Assembly (NCBI RefSeq): GCF_031769215.1
Contig: NW_026782038.1
Coordinates: forward strand, 124,001-188,000
Source of the DNA: Ylistrum balloti
Lineage: Eukaryota
Length of the DNA stretch: 64,000 nt
Direction: 5' to 3'
In this document: positions 49,960 to 63,975 of the stretch, in pieces
Position numbering within the stretch: position 1 is the stretch's first letter
How the letters are laid out: the number at the start of each line of letters is the position of its first letter
Program-made: the position numbers and the translations under genes
Notes under the pieces: model-generated
The model's database searches: none
Told to the model about the DNA's origin: nothing
What the model saw: only the letters and a program-made list of their open reading frames with translations

Positions 49960-52900
49960 CAAACAGGAAACTGCTATCAGATTTTTTTCTTTCAACTAAA
50001 ATACAAAGGAATGCAATCATGGCACTGAAAATGACACTTCAGTACTTCTGCAGTTGTAATAATAGTTTTCTATGCATGTTTGTACAGAAATTGTATGTAA
50101 CAGAAGTGGCTGGCGATATCAATGGACAATATTGGTGATATATCAACCAGCATGTATATAGGTTAGAATATAATATGCATATGTATTTTAGTAAGGACAG
50201 TTCATTATCAAAACATGTTGACTTCAGTAATTGTCGGTGTCTAAATAAGCTAAGTTTGAAGTCTGGATATCTAGAGGCTGAAATTTAGTAAAATCATTTC
50301 ACTAAAAGGTATAGAATTATAAAGACCTTAAATATATACAGTACTTCATTTACAATGATAAGGATTGGGTTAAATACAAACTTAGGAAGGCTGCCAATTT
50401 AATTCGTGTTGGTTTTTATAGATCAGTTGAGTGTGGAAGGAAAGCACAAATATTGTTTTCTGTTCTGTAATAGCAAGATTCTACACACTGAAGGTCTCTG
50501 TAACAGGTGGGTGTGTCACATCATATTATTAATTTTCATGCAAATAGCTTCCTATGAAATTACCCAATTAAATATTTCAGTAGGTATCAAAAATAGACAG
50601 TGTTACCAGAACAAAATAGAGATCAAAGATGAATTAATTAAAGAAATAATAATAAGAAGAAAATGTTACTTACAATAGTTGTTTTTAATTAATTTTTATT
50701 GTTATTATTCATTTGGAATATCTGTGGATGTATAAATATAGTAATATGCTTTTTACATATCATTACCAATATGCTAATTTCTCTTGTGAAATTGATAGTA
50801 GTTTTGTTATGTTAGCTGATAAATAGCTTTAATCCTGATCAGCATATAGCTTGTCGCTTCAAAGCCTGCCACCACTGGGCCTAGTTTTAAATCAATCAAT
50901 CAACTGATTGGAACAGGTATGTGGTTGTAAATGGTGGCAAAGATAAGACATTTAAATGTGTACGGTAGCCAGCCACGGGTATGTGTAGTAGATATATACA
51001 CCTGTACAGTACTTACATGTATATCTTAGAGTGCTCTGTAACTGGAACCTTATTTGTACCTGTCAAAGGTATGTCAATTGTCATTTACATTGAAGTATTG
51101 ACATTTTCTTACTGCTTAGTTAGAATCTGGAATTTTCTTACTTAAAGGTGCAATTTAAATGTTATGTGACTTTGTCGTGGAATTTGTTGAATTAACTACT
51201 ATGCATGGTATTTGACTAGCATATGTTTGGGATTTTTGGTGTATAAAGTACTTGTTGTTATGTTACAGGGCGTGTCAAGCTAAACTCCAACAGCATTACT
51301 ACTGTCATTCTACTGTAATGTAAGTATATATCAATCTTTACATAACATTTTTTTAAATGCCTTAATAAGATTGCAGTACTGTTTTTTTAGTAAAATTGTG
51401 AAATTAGTGCATGCTGTAAAGAAAGCTTTAGGATGCGGTAAAAACATCGAACAGGATGAGGAAGGTGTGCAGTGCAATTAACACATATTCAGAATTGCAA
51501 ATATAAGTAGCTTACTTTCTTAAAAAGAAATTGATCTCCCTATTGCGATCCTGTGACATTCATCTTGGTTCTTAACTCGCATTTAATAGAGCCCATTCCT
51601 CCCAATCTGCATCAGTATTTTCATTTCTCTTGTTTGGTGCTACTTCTCAGGGCATATTTGGTCTGACAATAGGCCTCATATCCAATTGAAATTATTTCAC
51701 ATTTTAGTCATTCATCACTTCCCAATTCACCAATTTTCTTTTTCAAAATGTGACAAAAATGCCCCATACTTTTCTAGTTAAAGCCTTGTCCTTTGACGGA
51801 ATGAAGAGGCCAGAGATGATAAAATATACATGTAGTTACCTTCCATTTTCCTGTCTTATTATTGAAGGACAGCTTCATGTCATTTGGTGAGATAAGCTTC
51901 GTCTTACTCGTCCTTCCACATATGTTTGAGCTCTGCCGTTGGGGGAGCCAACCTTTGTATGAAGAAATGATAAGAAAATAAAGAGAAACTGGAGAATTGG
52001 ACATTATATAAACATAAAGTGGAAAAATCATAAAATTCAGTTTTTATTACTTATGTAAAGCACCTAAAGTAGACTTAATTGAAGAATTTGATTAATGAGA
52101 AGCTAAAACCTGCTCCTTTTCCATAATGCTGCACAAGAGATGGTGTGACTATGCCAGTCATTGAGGCTGTTTTATGTCTTGAGAAAATGGAGCATATTTT
52201 GAAAAATTGAGAAAGATTTATGTGTATCATTAAGGTATGCAATGTATGTATATATACACTGTGCATGTATTGATACATGTTATATACATAGTATAAATAT
52301 TATGTTATGTATATGCCTTTTAGTATTGTTCTTGTGTTCAGAATTATTAAGGGTCAAAGTGTAACTATTTGCAGAACACAACAAACTTACCTGTATCACC
52401 TATCCATTACTATGATGCAACAATGTAGTTTAGAATTTCATTAAAGTCAGCAATGTGAATTAGCTAATTTGTTCAGCATATTGTAACCAACCATAGTTAT
52501 TCTGTTATAAACCCATGTAACCCAAATTGATCTCTGATTCAGTCTAGGTTAAGATTGTAGAATGATGAAACAACATCCTACGATTTGGATAATTACAAAA
52601 TTTCCTTCACAATCAATACTTGTCATATCTAATATTGATGAACAGGATAAGCCATGCAGGTAAACATTCAATTATGATGAAATGATAACAAATTGATTTT
52701 CATTAAACTGTTCAGGCATATCGTGATTCTACCTGCAGATCAATACATGCAGGTAAAACAGACCAAGAAACTTGAGATTTTCATACACAACAATATCATA
52801 CAACATAAAACAGTATTTCACTGAGTTCCCAGTAAGGGTGTGTATTGGATTGAATCTGGTATATTTCATTTGGGTTGAACTTACTATATTTCATATTTTT

Positions 52901-54429
52901 CTCCTTCACATTTAATCATATGATGATGAATATTCACTGTATAAATTATATTTCTTTTTTTAATGTCTTGAAAAGCCCAAGCAGTAAAGTAGCTTAAAAT
53001 ACCTGAAGACATCTACAATTGTGTGAGCTTTCAAATCAATGTTGTTGATATTCCACAAACTACAAGCGTGCCTGTCAAAGTACATTGTACTATATTCTGA
53101 CAACTTAAATGGATGTGTATTGTATAGATATATTGTTCACAAAATGAATAGAGGAACTGTAATAATAATGTACTATAATGACTCGTAGAATAATACCCTC
53201 AGCCATTAATGTCAAAGGGTATTTCTAAAGACTGCATATAGTATTACATGTCAATATACCCTTATCAATGTCTTGTTTATTTCTGGTATGATAAAATGAG
53301 ATGAAAATTTTTGAATGAATGAGAATTGAAAAAATTTCTATGAATACAACTCGGTTTCAGTATGATTACCTAGTACAGCTGTCTATGACTAGTTCAGTTT
53401 TACTCTTCATAGCGATATGATTACAGACAAGATAGTTATAATTATATACCTGAATAGATTTGTAGAAATATAGAATATAGTACTGATATATCGCTGTATA
53501 TCAGAAATCTTGTCATCTCAGACTGGACAATAGTGTGAATATCAGGTTATTTTATTATACAGTACATTTATGGTTTGATTGGTTATGGTGCTATAAATTA
53601 TGTAAGTGAAGTGCAGTTTAAATGGCTGCAGAAGAAAGGCCTGTTTTAGATTTAATGGGTTTAATAAAATATGCTTGTAGATAAAATCATGTTCTAGTTT
53701 TAAATGTTAAATTTTGTGTTATGGAATAATTTGCCCTGGTATGTACTGAAATATTTTTATTGTAACCGTGATTCAGTGTTTGCTTAAAAGGTGAAAAATT
53801 TTGGCATGCACTCAAATACATAGATGTGTAATGTTGTTTTTGAGGTACTGTACTTAGACTGTACCAGTAGAGTTCTTATAGAACTATGTTGTCTCCTTAG
53901 ATTACAGTATCAGATTCTATACATGTCAGTTTATGTCTACAGACTAAAACCTGTCGAGTCTGACACACTGACAAATCCAATAAATTGTAGGCCAAATATG
54001 ATGTCAGAATAAACATCCAAATATGCAGGTTTAGAATCGTTGTAAATTGAGAGGATTGGAATTTTCATCTACAAGTGATGACAAGTATATGATGGATGTG
54101 CCCAGATATCGGAATACTCAAGGATTTGATCTGACAAGTTTCAATGCTTAAAATGTATACAGAAAGCTTACTTATATACATAATTACTACCAATTAGAAT
54201 CAGTTTCTTTCATGATTAGATGAGGTGTTTTGTCTATTGAAACCTGGTCAGTTCACCAAACATACACATATTGCAAGGCCACAGTAAGGATTTTAGATTT
54301 TTGTATTACCTGTACATTGTATAGAAAAGATGTTATATATTTGTCCCTGTTTAACCCCAGATAAGGTAATCAATAGTGAAATCTATTGTGTATTTCAGCC
54401 TGAACACCTGTGCTGGGGGATGTGACAAC

Positions 54430-54510
54430 ATGCCTCTGTTTATTAATGGACTTTCTATTGGACATGTTCCAAAATCTCTCCAAGAATTCTTTGACCGTTA
54501 TGATTTTAAG
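54430..54510 (+). CDS. NTAN1: Protein N-terminal asparagine amidohydrolase, first coding exon
   Basis: MPLFINGLSIGHVPKSLQEFFDRYDFK (27 aa; resembles the NTAN1 N-terminus MPLLVEG...). Acceptor TTTCAG at 54398 adds a 5' UTR part; donor AAG|GTAAGC. Confidence 0.8.
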
Positions 54511-55424
54511 GTAAGCAATTTTAAGGGACCTTATAGTAAGCCTTTATACAGGTACAACATTGATCCTAGCTTCATGTTTATCATTGTGGCTGTACTAACA
54601 GTATACACAATGTTTGTACATCTGAGTGATATATTTAGTTCATGTTAATTTCTCACTTTGTGATTCACTCAAGTTCAAAACTTGTGTGATTCTTCAATAA
54701 ATCTATTTGAGAGGAGTTCAAATTGACCTTCCATAGACAGGAAGGTTGCAATCAACTTTTTCTTATTTTTAGATATTTCTATAAAAAAAATTGATGACCT
54801 GTCAAGTAACCAGCAATTGAGCAATCATTCCAAGGACTCCATTATTTAAACTTTAAAGCCCAGTTAGCTTAAGAGCAGATTTCATCCAGCACATGCTAAG
54901 AGACTTTGTAACTTTGTCATAATTACATTTACTAGCATTTGTTATTCTAAAAATTGTGTCAGTGATTTTGAAGTGATTCAAAAGCCAAAATCTGATGTTT
55001 ATATTTTGTATTTTAAGTTTTAGAACTGCATATTATCTGTATAGTATAGTATCATTAATGTATATCTTACTTTTCAATGACTACCACTGTGTCACTTTCA
55101 TTAGGTAAGTTATCAGTGAAGCATATCGCATGAATTTCTATACACGGTCTAGAAGTTATTGTTATGTTTTCTAATCAATCTGGGGTTTCTTTCCTGAAAC
55201 TAGAATTGCTACAATTGATGTTGCTCCTAGCCAAACAAGGAGCATGGTTGAAGTAGAAAGTACCCAAGTAGAAACTGTCATGGTTGAACGATATTGTGAA
55301 TCATTGATTGGAAACTGTCATGGTTGAACGATATTGTGAAGTATCAATAAATCAATACATTTTTCACTGAGAACAAGAATTTATAACACACTGCCATCTA
55401 CTTTCTGCCATTTATAAGCTGAGT

Positions 55425-55971
55425 GGAACATGAGAGGCAATGTCACACATACTATCAGGAGGTAGCATTGCTGCATGGGAGATAAAGATGGTGTCACAAC
55501 AAGGTCCTGAGTGAATTAAATGGCAGACCTTGAAGAGGAAGAAAAGTGTAAATATGAAAGTAAGGCAGTGGAAGATTTGAGATATGGTGAGACATCTGAG
55601 GTGAGGAGACCAGCCACAGGAAGAAGTGAGAACTGCAAGTGGACCTGGATGGGAAGCTTGTATTCCCAAGTATTATAGACACAACACTCTGCCAAGACAT
55701 GGCACTGAAATAAATGCAGTCAAAGATTATCATCGAAGTGGAACTGGCAGTACCATGGGAGGAGAATGGTGAAGATGAACTTGAACAGAAGAGCTTTAAG
55801 TTTACAGACCTTACATATATGGCTGAAAGTAGATTCCAACCAAGGTCAACTGTATAGGTTTACCAGCTTATTTAATGAGCAAGCTTGTACATCATTAAGT
55901 AATGTTTTGGAAGGTTAATGAATGTCTTCATAAATCTTGGTAAAGCAGCAGGACTAACATCATACTGGATA
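55425..55971 (+). mobile_element. 3' remnant of an R2-superfamily (Hero-like) non-LTR retrotransposon, restriction-like endonuclease domain
   Basis: HILSG..GR.RWCHNKVLSEL, VDLDGKLVFP..DTTLCQDM, IEVELAVPWEEN..E.KS.KF.DL, NLGKAAGLTSYWI. Confidence 0.85.
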
Positions 55972-56757
55972 TAGCACTGTCAGAATGACATCTGATGAAA
56001 GTCAGGGTCCAGAGAGTAGTGCTTTGGGGACCACATCTATAGCAGTGTCAGAATGACATCTGATGAAAGTCAGGGTCCAGAGAGTAGTGCTTTGGGGACC
56101 ACATCTGTAGCACTGTCAGAATGAAAGTCAGAGAGTAGTGCTTTGGGGACCACATCTGTAGCACTGAGAGTCCAGAGAGTAGTGCTTTGGGGACCACATC
56201 TGTAGCACTGTCAGAATGAAAGTCAGGGTCCAGAGAGTAGCGCTTTGGGGACCACATCTGTAGCACTGTCAGAATGACATCTGATGAAAGTCAGGGTCCA
56301 GAGAGTAGTGCTTTGGGGACCACATCTGTAGCACTGTCAGAATGAAAGTCAGGGTCCAGAGAGTAGTGCTTTGGGGACCACATCTATAGCAGTGTCAGAA
56401 TGACATCTGATGAAAGTCAGGGTCCAGAGAGTAGTGCTTTGGGGACCACATCTATAGCAGTGTCAGAATGACATCTGATGAAAGTCAGGGTCCAGAGAGT
56501 AGTGCTTTGGGGACCACATCTGTAGCACTGTCAGAATGAAAGTCAGGGTCCAGAGAGTAGTGCTTTGGGGACCACATCTGTAGCACTGTCAGAATGAAAG
56601 TCAGGGTCCAGAGAGTAGTGCTTTGGGGACCACATCTGTAGCACTGTCAGAATGAAAGTCAGGGTCCAGAGAGTAGTGCTTTGGGGACCACATCTGTAGC
56701 ACTGTCAGAATGAAAGTCAGGGTCCAGAGAGTAGTGTTTTAGGGACCACATCTGTAG
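55972..56757. repeat. Tandem array of 13 units (68-bp and 58-bp variants, plus shorter ones)
   Basis: Unit TAGCACTGTCAGAATG[ACATCTGATG]AAAGTCAGGGTCCAGAGAGTAGTGCTTTGGGGACCACATCTG. Confidence 0.97.
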
Positions 56758-56939
56758 TATACAATCTTCATTGTAACATTCCTTTATGGCAGGCAGGTAT
56801 CAAATGATTTCTATTTAGTATTCAATCTTTTGTTGAAATATATGTGAGAAAGTAATTTCCTTACTGCTTAGGTATATTTACCCAGAATATTAGGTACAGT
56901 GTTATGTTCAGAAACCATATTGAATTTCTCCAATGCAAG

Positions 56940-57790
56940 TCGAGTACCTGTTTAGATGTTTCGTACCTGTTTTGGAGACAAGTTCTTACAAACAGGAGTG
57001 TAGCTGTTTAGGACTCTAGTTCATGTATCTACCTGGAAGTCAAGCACCAGTCAAAGATTATACCTGTCTTAGAGTTTAGTACCTGTCTAGGTGTCTACTA
57101 CCAGCTCTAGTACATGTACATGCATGGGAGTCAAGTACCTGTTTTGGAGTAAACTTGTCTAGGTCTCTGTTTCACGGACCTACCTGACAGTCAAGTACTT
57201 GTCAAAGAGTAAACCTGTTTAGGAGTCTAGTACCAGTTTAGGTGTGTACTACCTACCTAGGAGTCAAGCACCTGTCTATGAGTATAATTGTCAAGGAGTC
57301 TAGAAGCTGTCTTTGAGTTTACTACCTGCCTATGAGTCTCCTACCTACCTAGGAGTCAAGCACCTGTCTAAGAGTATAATTGTCAAGGAGTCTAGAAGCT
57401 GTCTATGAGTCTACTATCTGCTAGGAGTCAAGCACCTGTCAAAAAGTAAACCTGCCTAGGAGTCTAGAATCTGTCTATAAGTCTACTATCTGCCTAGGAG
57501 TCTACTACCTACCTAGAAGTCCAGTACTTGTCTAGGAGTCAAGTACAGGATTATACAATGCAGGGGAGTCAACTACCTATCTTGGAATAGGAGCCTACTA
57601 CCTGTCTAGGAGTCAATTGCCGATCCAGGAATATATATGTCTAGGAGAAGGAGTATACATACCAGGAGTAAAACACCTGTTTAGGAGTATACTTGTCTAG
57701 AAGTCTAGTATGGATATACTTATAGACATGTACTTAGAGTTTAGTATACCTGTCTAGGAATTCCTGTTCCTGTCAAGGAGTATACAGTAT
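56940..57790. repeat. Old degenerate short-period repeat (core ACCTGTCTAGGAGTC)
   Basis: Dozens of variants of ACCTG../TAGGAGTC with roughly 15-17-bp spacing. Confidence 0.8.
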
Positions 57791-57978
57791 TAAAAACTTA
57801 GAGCTGGATTAAAAGTGGATAGCACTTAATTTGCTGTATTAAAAGTTGGTAAATGTCTTTGATATAATAAATGCTAATAATACTAAACATATTTGTTACA
57901 ATTATAAAAATACAGAGTACACTACTGCATGTGGTATACTGTATTTATCAAGCCATAAGCCCAGGGGTCCATAAAAAA

Positions 57979-58605
57979 TCAATCAATCCAAGGGGGCCAG
58001 CATACAAATTCTTACCCAGTGTCAATAAATCTAAGGTGGCCAGCATACAAATTCTTACCCAGTGTCAATTAATCCAAGGGGGCCAGCATACAAGTTCTTA
58101 CCCAGTGTCAATTAATCCAGGGGAGCCAGCATACAAATTCTTACCCAGTGTCAATTAATCCAAGGGGGCCAGCATACAAATTCTTACCCAGTGTCAATTA
58201 ATCTAAGGTGGCCAGCATACAAATTCTTACCCTGTGTCAATTAATCCAGGGAGCCAGCATTAACATCTTTCCTAGAGTCAATTAATCCAGGGGAGCCTGC
58301 ATTAAAATCTTACCCAGAGTCAATTAATCCAGGGGGCAGCATACAAATTCTTACCCAGTGTCAATTTATCTGGAGGGCCAGCATACAAATTCTTACCCAG
58401 TGTCATTTAATGCAGGGAGGTAGCATTCAAATCTTACCCAGTGTCATTTAATGCACACAGCTAGCATACAAATTCTTACCCAGTGTCAATTTATCTGGAG
58501 GGCCAGCATACAAATTCTTACCCAGTGTCATTTAATGCAGGGAGGCAGCATTCAAATCTTACCCGGTGTCATTTAATGCACGCAGCTAGCATACAAATTC
58601 TTACC
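57979..58605. repeat. 43-bp minisatellite, about 15 units
   Basis: Unit AATTAATCCAAGGGGGCCAGCATACAAATTCTTACCCAGTGTC. Confidence 0.95.
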
Positions 58606-59197
58606 AGACATAGCTTATTGTTGGGTAAATACGGTAAGTCTCCAAGTATTTAGTACTCTCACGTTCTCCTCTAATGTGTGTTTATATATATATACCATCC
58701 GTGTAAGTACTGGGGTCAGGTAGATACACTGACTATCATTACAGGTATAGAGACTTCCAGATAGCTTTCACTTGGGTTCCAAACATTGATTCTGTAATTA
58801 TCTGTTATAAAAGTGTGGACCTGTCTATGAACGACATTGGTGATAACACAGAGAGATATATATACTATAGTGATAGGGTGCTGAAATCTCCAGGGATATA
58901 GCAGTTTATTGAAATAGAATTAAATGTGTCAATACTGGACTCAAGTGGACTGTTGAATATATGATAAGGATTATAGCTCCTATTACACAGTTTCCATACC
59001 TATTATAATGGATGGCAATAAACTTGTAATTTCAACTCACTGGTCATTCAATTTTTTTTATTCTAAATTAAATTTGTTATAAAGTAACTTGCTCAAGTTC
59101 CATTCAGTTTTGATGAAAGTTGTCTGGAAGGAAAATCATTGCTAATGCTTTACATGTTATATGGCTTATATGAGTAAATCAGAATGTAACCTAGTAA

Positions 59198-59586
59198 TGA
59201 TACATACTCTAGTCCCTTGTAAAGCTTGATATCTGATGAAGTTTAATGAGACATACTCTAGTCCCTTGTAAAGCTTGATATCTGATGAAGTTTAATGACA
59301 CATACTCTAGTCCCTTGTAAAGCTTGATATCTGATGAAGTTTAATGATACATACTCTAGTCCCTTGTAAAGCTTGATATCTGATGAAGTTTAATGATACA
59401 TACTCTAGTCCCTTGTAAAGCTTGATATCTGATGAAGTTTAATGATACATACTCTAGTCCCTTGTAAAGCTTGATATCTGATGAAGTTTAATGATACATA
59501 CTCTAGTCCCTTGTAAAGCTTGATATCTGATGAAGTTTAATGATACATACTCTAGTCCCTTGTAAAGCTTGATATCTGATGAAGTT
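59198..59586. repeat. 49-bp minisatellite, 8 near-identical units
   Basis: Unit ATACATACTCTAGTCCCTTGTAAAGCTTGATATCTGATGAAGTTTAATG. Confidence 0.97.
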
Positions 59587-61324
59587 GTTTCGTACTAAAG
59601 GTAATTACATCATTTGCTGTGATCTAATCACTTTTGAAAATAATTGTAATCCACCATCATTCTGTTTTATTCCCAATTTCAGTGAAAGTTTTGTTTTGTT
59701 TAACAATTTATTTAATTCATTGTTTTCAAATTGATACCAAAGACTCGTTAAAATGATTCATTTGTATCTCAGAAAAACAATTGAACAAATTCAATACTGA
59801 ATTGTAAAATCAATTCAATTTTTATCCTGTCCGTTCTATGGCACTTTCGTAATATTCTACACTGTGCTGTTGTAAAATAACTTAATTGTAATCTTACCAA
59901 ATTATCTATATATCTATCTATACAGTTATAACTGCCATCCATGATTTAATATTTAAGATCTTCATAGGTTGAAAACTAAATTCTGAAAATGATGTGTTAA
60001 TTTACAGCAATAGATCCATGTACATAATATCTTGATTCAAATGTTTGTACATAATGATAAAATATATCATATGTATTGTATTATATAACACCAATAATTT
60101 TCAGTAAATAGTAGTTGTGGAAATCAGTAAAGAAGATACATTTTGACTGAGTGTTCATTGTTTATCTGTTTTTTTATAAAGCCATTTACTGTAGATTAGT
60201 CAATGATATTCCTGACTGTACATTATGACCTGTGTGTGAGGTGGGACTTAAGCCTAGTTCTGTACGTGTATACCAAACCATATCAGATGACCACTGGCAG
60301 AGATTAAATCGTAAAGTATATCCACACGTATTCTTACACGTATTCTATCTAATGATTCATCTAATTGTATTTGTACTTAGGATAGGGAAACTTGAGCCTT
60401 TAGAATCCACTTATCATAACACATAGATTTATGTAGGTCATATTTTGGTATACCCGTAAAGTACAAATGTATTACAATGACATAATACTTAGGGTTTTAT
60501 ATTCGTGATTTTTATTAACAGGTCTTACACAAACAAAAGGGCCAGAACTCATGGCAAATTTAGGAGCAATCTCATTGATATACAGAGTAGCATGGCACTC
60601 TGCCTTGTTTGCATTGAACATTTATGAGACACATATGATAAATATTTTAAACCTTGTGTCTGTAACACATTGCATGTACATATGTTGCAGAAATCACTAT
60701 TGTTCATATATGTGTGGGAGTATACAAGTATTTGAACAACTGTCATATTTAAAGTAGATATAACAACTGGGTTTTAAAAAAGACATCAACATGTCTGTGT
60801 GCTCTAAATCTGAAGATAAACAATCACTTGTGTTTGGAAAATAAACATTTTCCTCTGTAACTTGTCAACACCTATAACAATGGGTGGTTATTTGATCTCT
60901 GTGATCTGTGGTAGGTATAAGGTGCTGCACAGATGTCAGCACACCTTACCAGGATTAAAGGTCATTGTCCCAAGTCACAGATGGACAGATAAAGTCTAGA
61001 GTGTCGGGTACAAAACAACGTGGCCTCACATTTCTTCATTATAAAAACAAAGATAAAACTATGATTTATTTTGAAGAATGTAGATATATGACTTGTGTGT
61101 TGTTTGTGGTTCTAATTGAAATCATGATCTGGTGATTGAGATCACATTTACAGCGCTGGTTTGTCATCTGTAGTTTGTATTAACATAGCACATGTAGCAA
61201 GTATCACATTCCATTTACTTTGTATTGTTGATATATTTCTGACAAAATGTAGACTTAGACTTCAACATTTTTTACATCAACTACCTTTAATGTTGCCATC
61301 AGAATTGTGACTATACAAGTAGAT

Positions 61325-61900
61325 GCCCTCACCATTTCCATCAGAAACATGTTTATACATGCACTGGTAGTTGTCCTCACCTTGCCACCAAATTGATATA
61401 TGATCATACATATACATGTATTTTCCCTCACCATTACCATCAGATTTGTGAACATACATGTATTTGCCCTCACCATTACCATCAGATTTGTGAACATATA
61501 TGTATTTGCACTATCATTACCATCAGATTTGTGAACTTAAATGTATTTGCCCTCACTGTTGCCATCGGATTTGTGAACATACATGTATTTGCCCTCACCA
61601 TTACCATCACATTTTAGAACATACATATATTTGCCCTCACTGTTGCCATCATATTTGTGAACATACGTGTATTTGCCCTTACTGTTGCCATCAGATTTGT
61701 GAACATACATGTATTTGTCCTCACAGTCACCATCAGATTTGTGAACATACATGTATTTGCCCTCACTGTTGCCATCAGATTTGTAAACATTCATGTATTT
61801 GCCCTCACCATTACCATCAGATTTTAGAACATACATATATTTGCCCTCACTGTTGCCATCTGATTTGTGAACATACATATCGTTGGCCTTATCATTGCCA
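61325..61900. repeat. 42-bp minisatellite, about 13 units, just upstream of NTAN1 coding exon 2
   Basis: Unit CATACATGTATTTGCCCTCACCATTACCATCAGATTTGTGAA. A period of 14 codons explains the ORFs on both strands. Confidence 0.95.
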
Positions 61901-61958
61901 TCATAATTTACATGACAACGTCTACAATTATATAAATAATCACTTTTGCCATTGCCAG

Positions 61959-62064
61959 AGCTCGTCCAAACGACTGTGCTGTCAGTCCTGTAAGATGCAT
62001 TCACAGGATGAAGGGGTTTTATATGTTGGTCAGCGAGAGATGGCAGTCACTTCTCCCGAGGATG
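61959..62064 (+). CDS. NTAN1: NTAN1 second coding exon
   Basis: SSSKRLCCQSCKMHSQDEGVLYVGQREMAVTSPED-G matches NTAN1 GLLYVQQRELAVTSPKDG. CCAG acceptor and G|GTTGGT donor; phases 0 and 1 fit the neighbouring exons. Confidence 0.9.
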
Positions 62065-62617
62065 GTTGGTTACTTTTTCTTTTGTCTTTCTGGCATTAAA
62101 AGCCTTAATTGTCTTCTGTTGTATACGCTAACCAAAAAAACCTTCGTTAAACAGAATATTTACATATTTCCTATCATATTTTTGCCATAAGATTCATTAA
62201 ATACGCCATGATTTTGTGCTTGAATAACTGTTTTCAATTTTTCTTATTTAATTAGTTTTACCTCAAGAAATTTATTTTTCAACAGACTATAATCAGTTTA
62301 TTGATTTTATTTTCAAGATGCAGAAAATGTTTTTCACAATTTAATTTCTTGCTGAACTGACAACCTTTAATAATTACAGTTACACTTAATGTGATATGAC
62401 CAATTGTGATATCAAAGAACATACTTGGTAAATAACTGCTGTGAAGGTCATTATGAAAGTAGGGAATTTCCTCACTCAAGCTGCCCTGATAACTGATTCA
62501 TTCAAGAAATTAAGTTTGTTGTTTGAGGGCAGCCAATTACATCACATTTTAACTTATTGCTCTATGACTAAATACATGAAAGTATACCTTAATTATCATT
62601 TTTGTCTTGAATTGCAG

Positions 62618-62683
62618 GAGTGTTCAACATTCTAGGAACAGAGGATGCCACAACATGCCACATTGTTGTTCTACGCCATACAG
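62618..62683 (+). CDS. NTAN1: NTAN1 third coding exon (catalytic Cys motif); gene continues beyond window
   Basis: GVFNILGTEDATTCHIVVLRHTG matches NTAN1 GSISILGSDDATTCHIVVLRHTG. TTGCAG acceptor and CAG|GTACAG donor. Confidence 0.93.
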
Positions 62684-63171
62684 GTACAGTAACTTTTGGT
62701 CTTTTATTAAATGTTTGTTGAGATATCTAGATGTTTTATGTCAGGAAGTTAGATATTGGATTATCAAATCTATTTTGTAATAGGTAGTAACTTATGAAGG
62801 TAGCTAGTACTCGAGTTCAACTAATAGATAGTGAAAAACCTTCTAAATCCAGTGTTCCTAAATATAATCCTTAATTTACATGTTTCAGCATGTTGGATTT
62901 GAAAAAATGAATATCTCAATAAAATCGAAATTTTACATGTAATTCAAATTAAAAATTGATGAAATAAGGGTTAAATAAAACAAGAAAAAGATTTACCTTT
63001 TGAAAATGTACAAGGACAATAAGATGGAGTATAATGGAAGAGAAAGCATCTTCTGCTATATCAGCAATTTTGGCATATTTAATCTTGGTCAGTCTAAGCA
63101 AGTAAGTTGTCATGTTCTTAAATAAGAACGAGGTAAAAAACAAAAGACAACCAACAGCATACTATTGAGCT

Positions 63172-63975
63172 GCAAACACCTCTGTCTTCATATCACATAA
63201 GGGCAAACACCTCTGTCTTTATATCGCATGAGGGCAAACACCTCTGTCTTCATACCACATAAGGACAAACACCTCTGTCTTCATACCACATAAGGACAAA
63301 CACCTCTGTCTTCATACCACATAAGGACAAACACCTCTGTCTTCATACCACATAAGGGCAAACACTTCTGTCTTCATACCACATAAGGGCAAACACTTCT
63401 GTCTTCATACCACATAAGGACAAACACCTCTGTCTTCATACCACATAAGGACAAACACCTCTGTCTTCATACCACATAAGGGCAAACACTTCTGTCTTCA
63501 TACCACATAAGGGCAAACACTTCTGTCTTCATACCACATAAGGACAAACACCTCTGTCTTCATACCACATAAGGACAAACACCTCTGTCTTCATACCACA
63601 TAAGGACAAACACCTCTGTCTTCATACCACATAAGGGCAAACACTTCTGTCTTCATACCACATAAGGGCAAACACTTCTGTCTTCATACCACATAAGGGC
63701 AAACACCTCTGTCTTTATATCGCATGAGGGCAAACACCTTCGTCTTTATATCACATGAGGGCAAACACCTCTTGTCTTTATACCACACAAGGGCAGACAC
63801 CTCTTGTCTTTATACCACACAAGGACAGACACCTCTGTCTTTATACCACACAAGGGCAAACACCTCTGTCTTTATACCACACAAGGGCAAACATCTCTGT
63901 CTTCAAACCACACAAGGGCAGACACCTCTGTCTTTATACCACACAAGGGCAAACATCTCTGTCTTCAAACCATAC
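63172..63975. repeat. 31-bp minisatellite, about 26 units
   Basis: Unit ACAAACACCTCTGTCTTCATACCACATAAGG, with variant blocks. Confidence 0.97.

Noticed and set aside
51540-52031. Purine-rich coding-like stretch with several stop-interrupted frames
   Set aside because: It could be a decayed transposon, but I could not assign any motif.
55972-59586. CTGATGA in the 68-bp and 49-bp repeat units as satellite hammerheads
   Set aside because: No stem II followed by GAAA can be formed.
61255-62004. Minus-strand ORFs with YMYVHKSDGNGEGK repeats
   Set aside because: A by-product of the 42-bp (14-codon) period; antisense to NTAN1 with no supporting signals.
55972-63975. Tandem arrays as CRISPR
   Set aside because: Head-to-tail units have no unique spacers, there are no cas genes, and the context is a eukaryotic intron.
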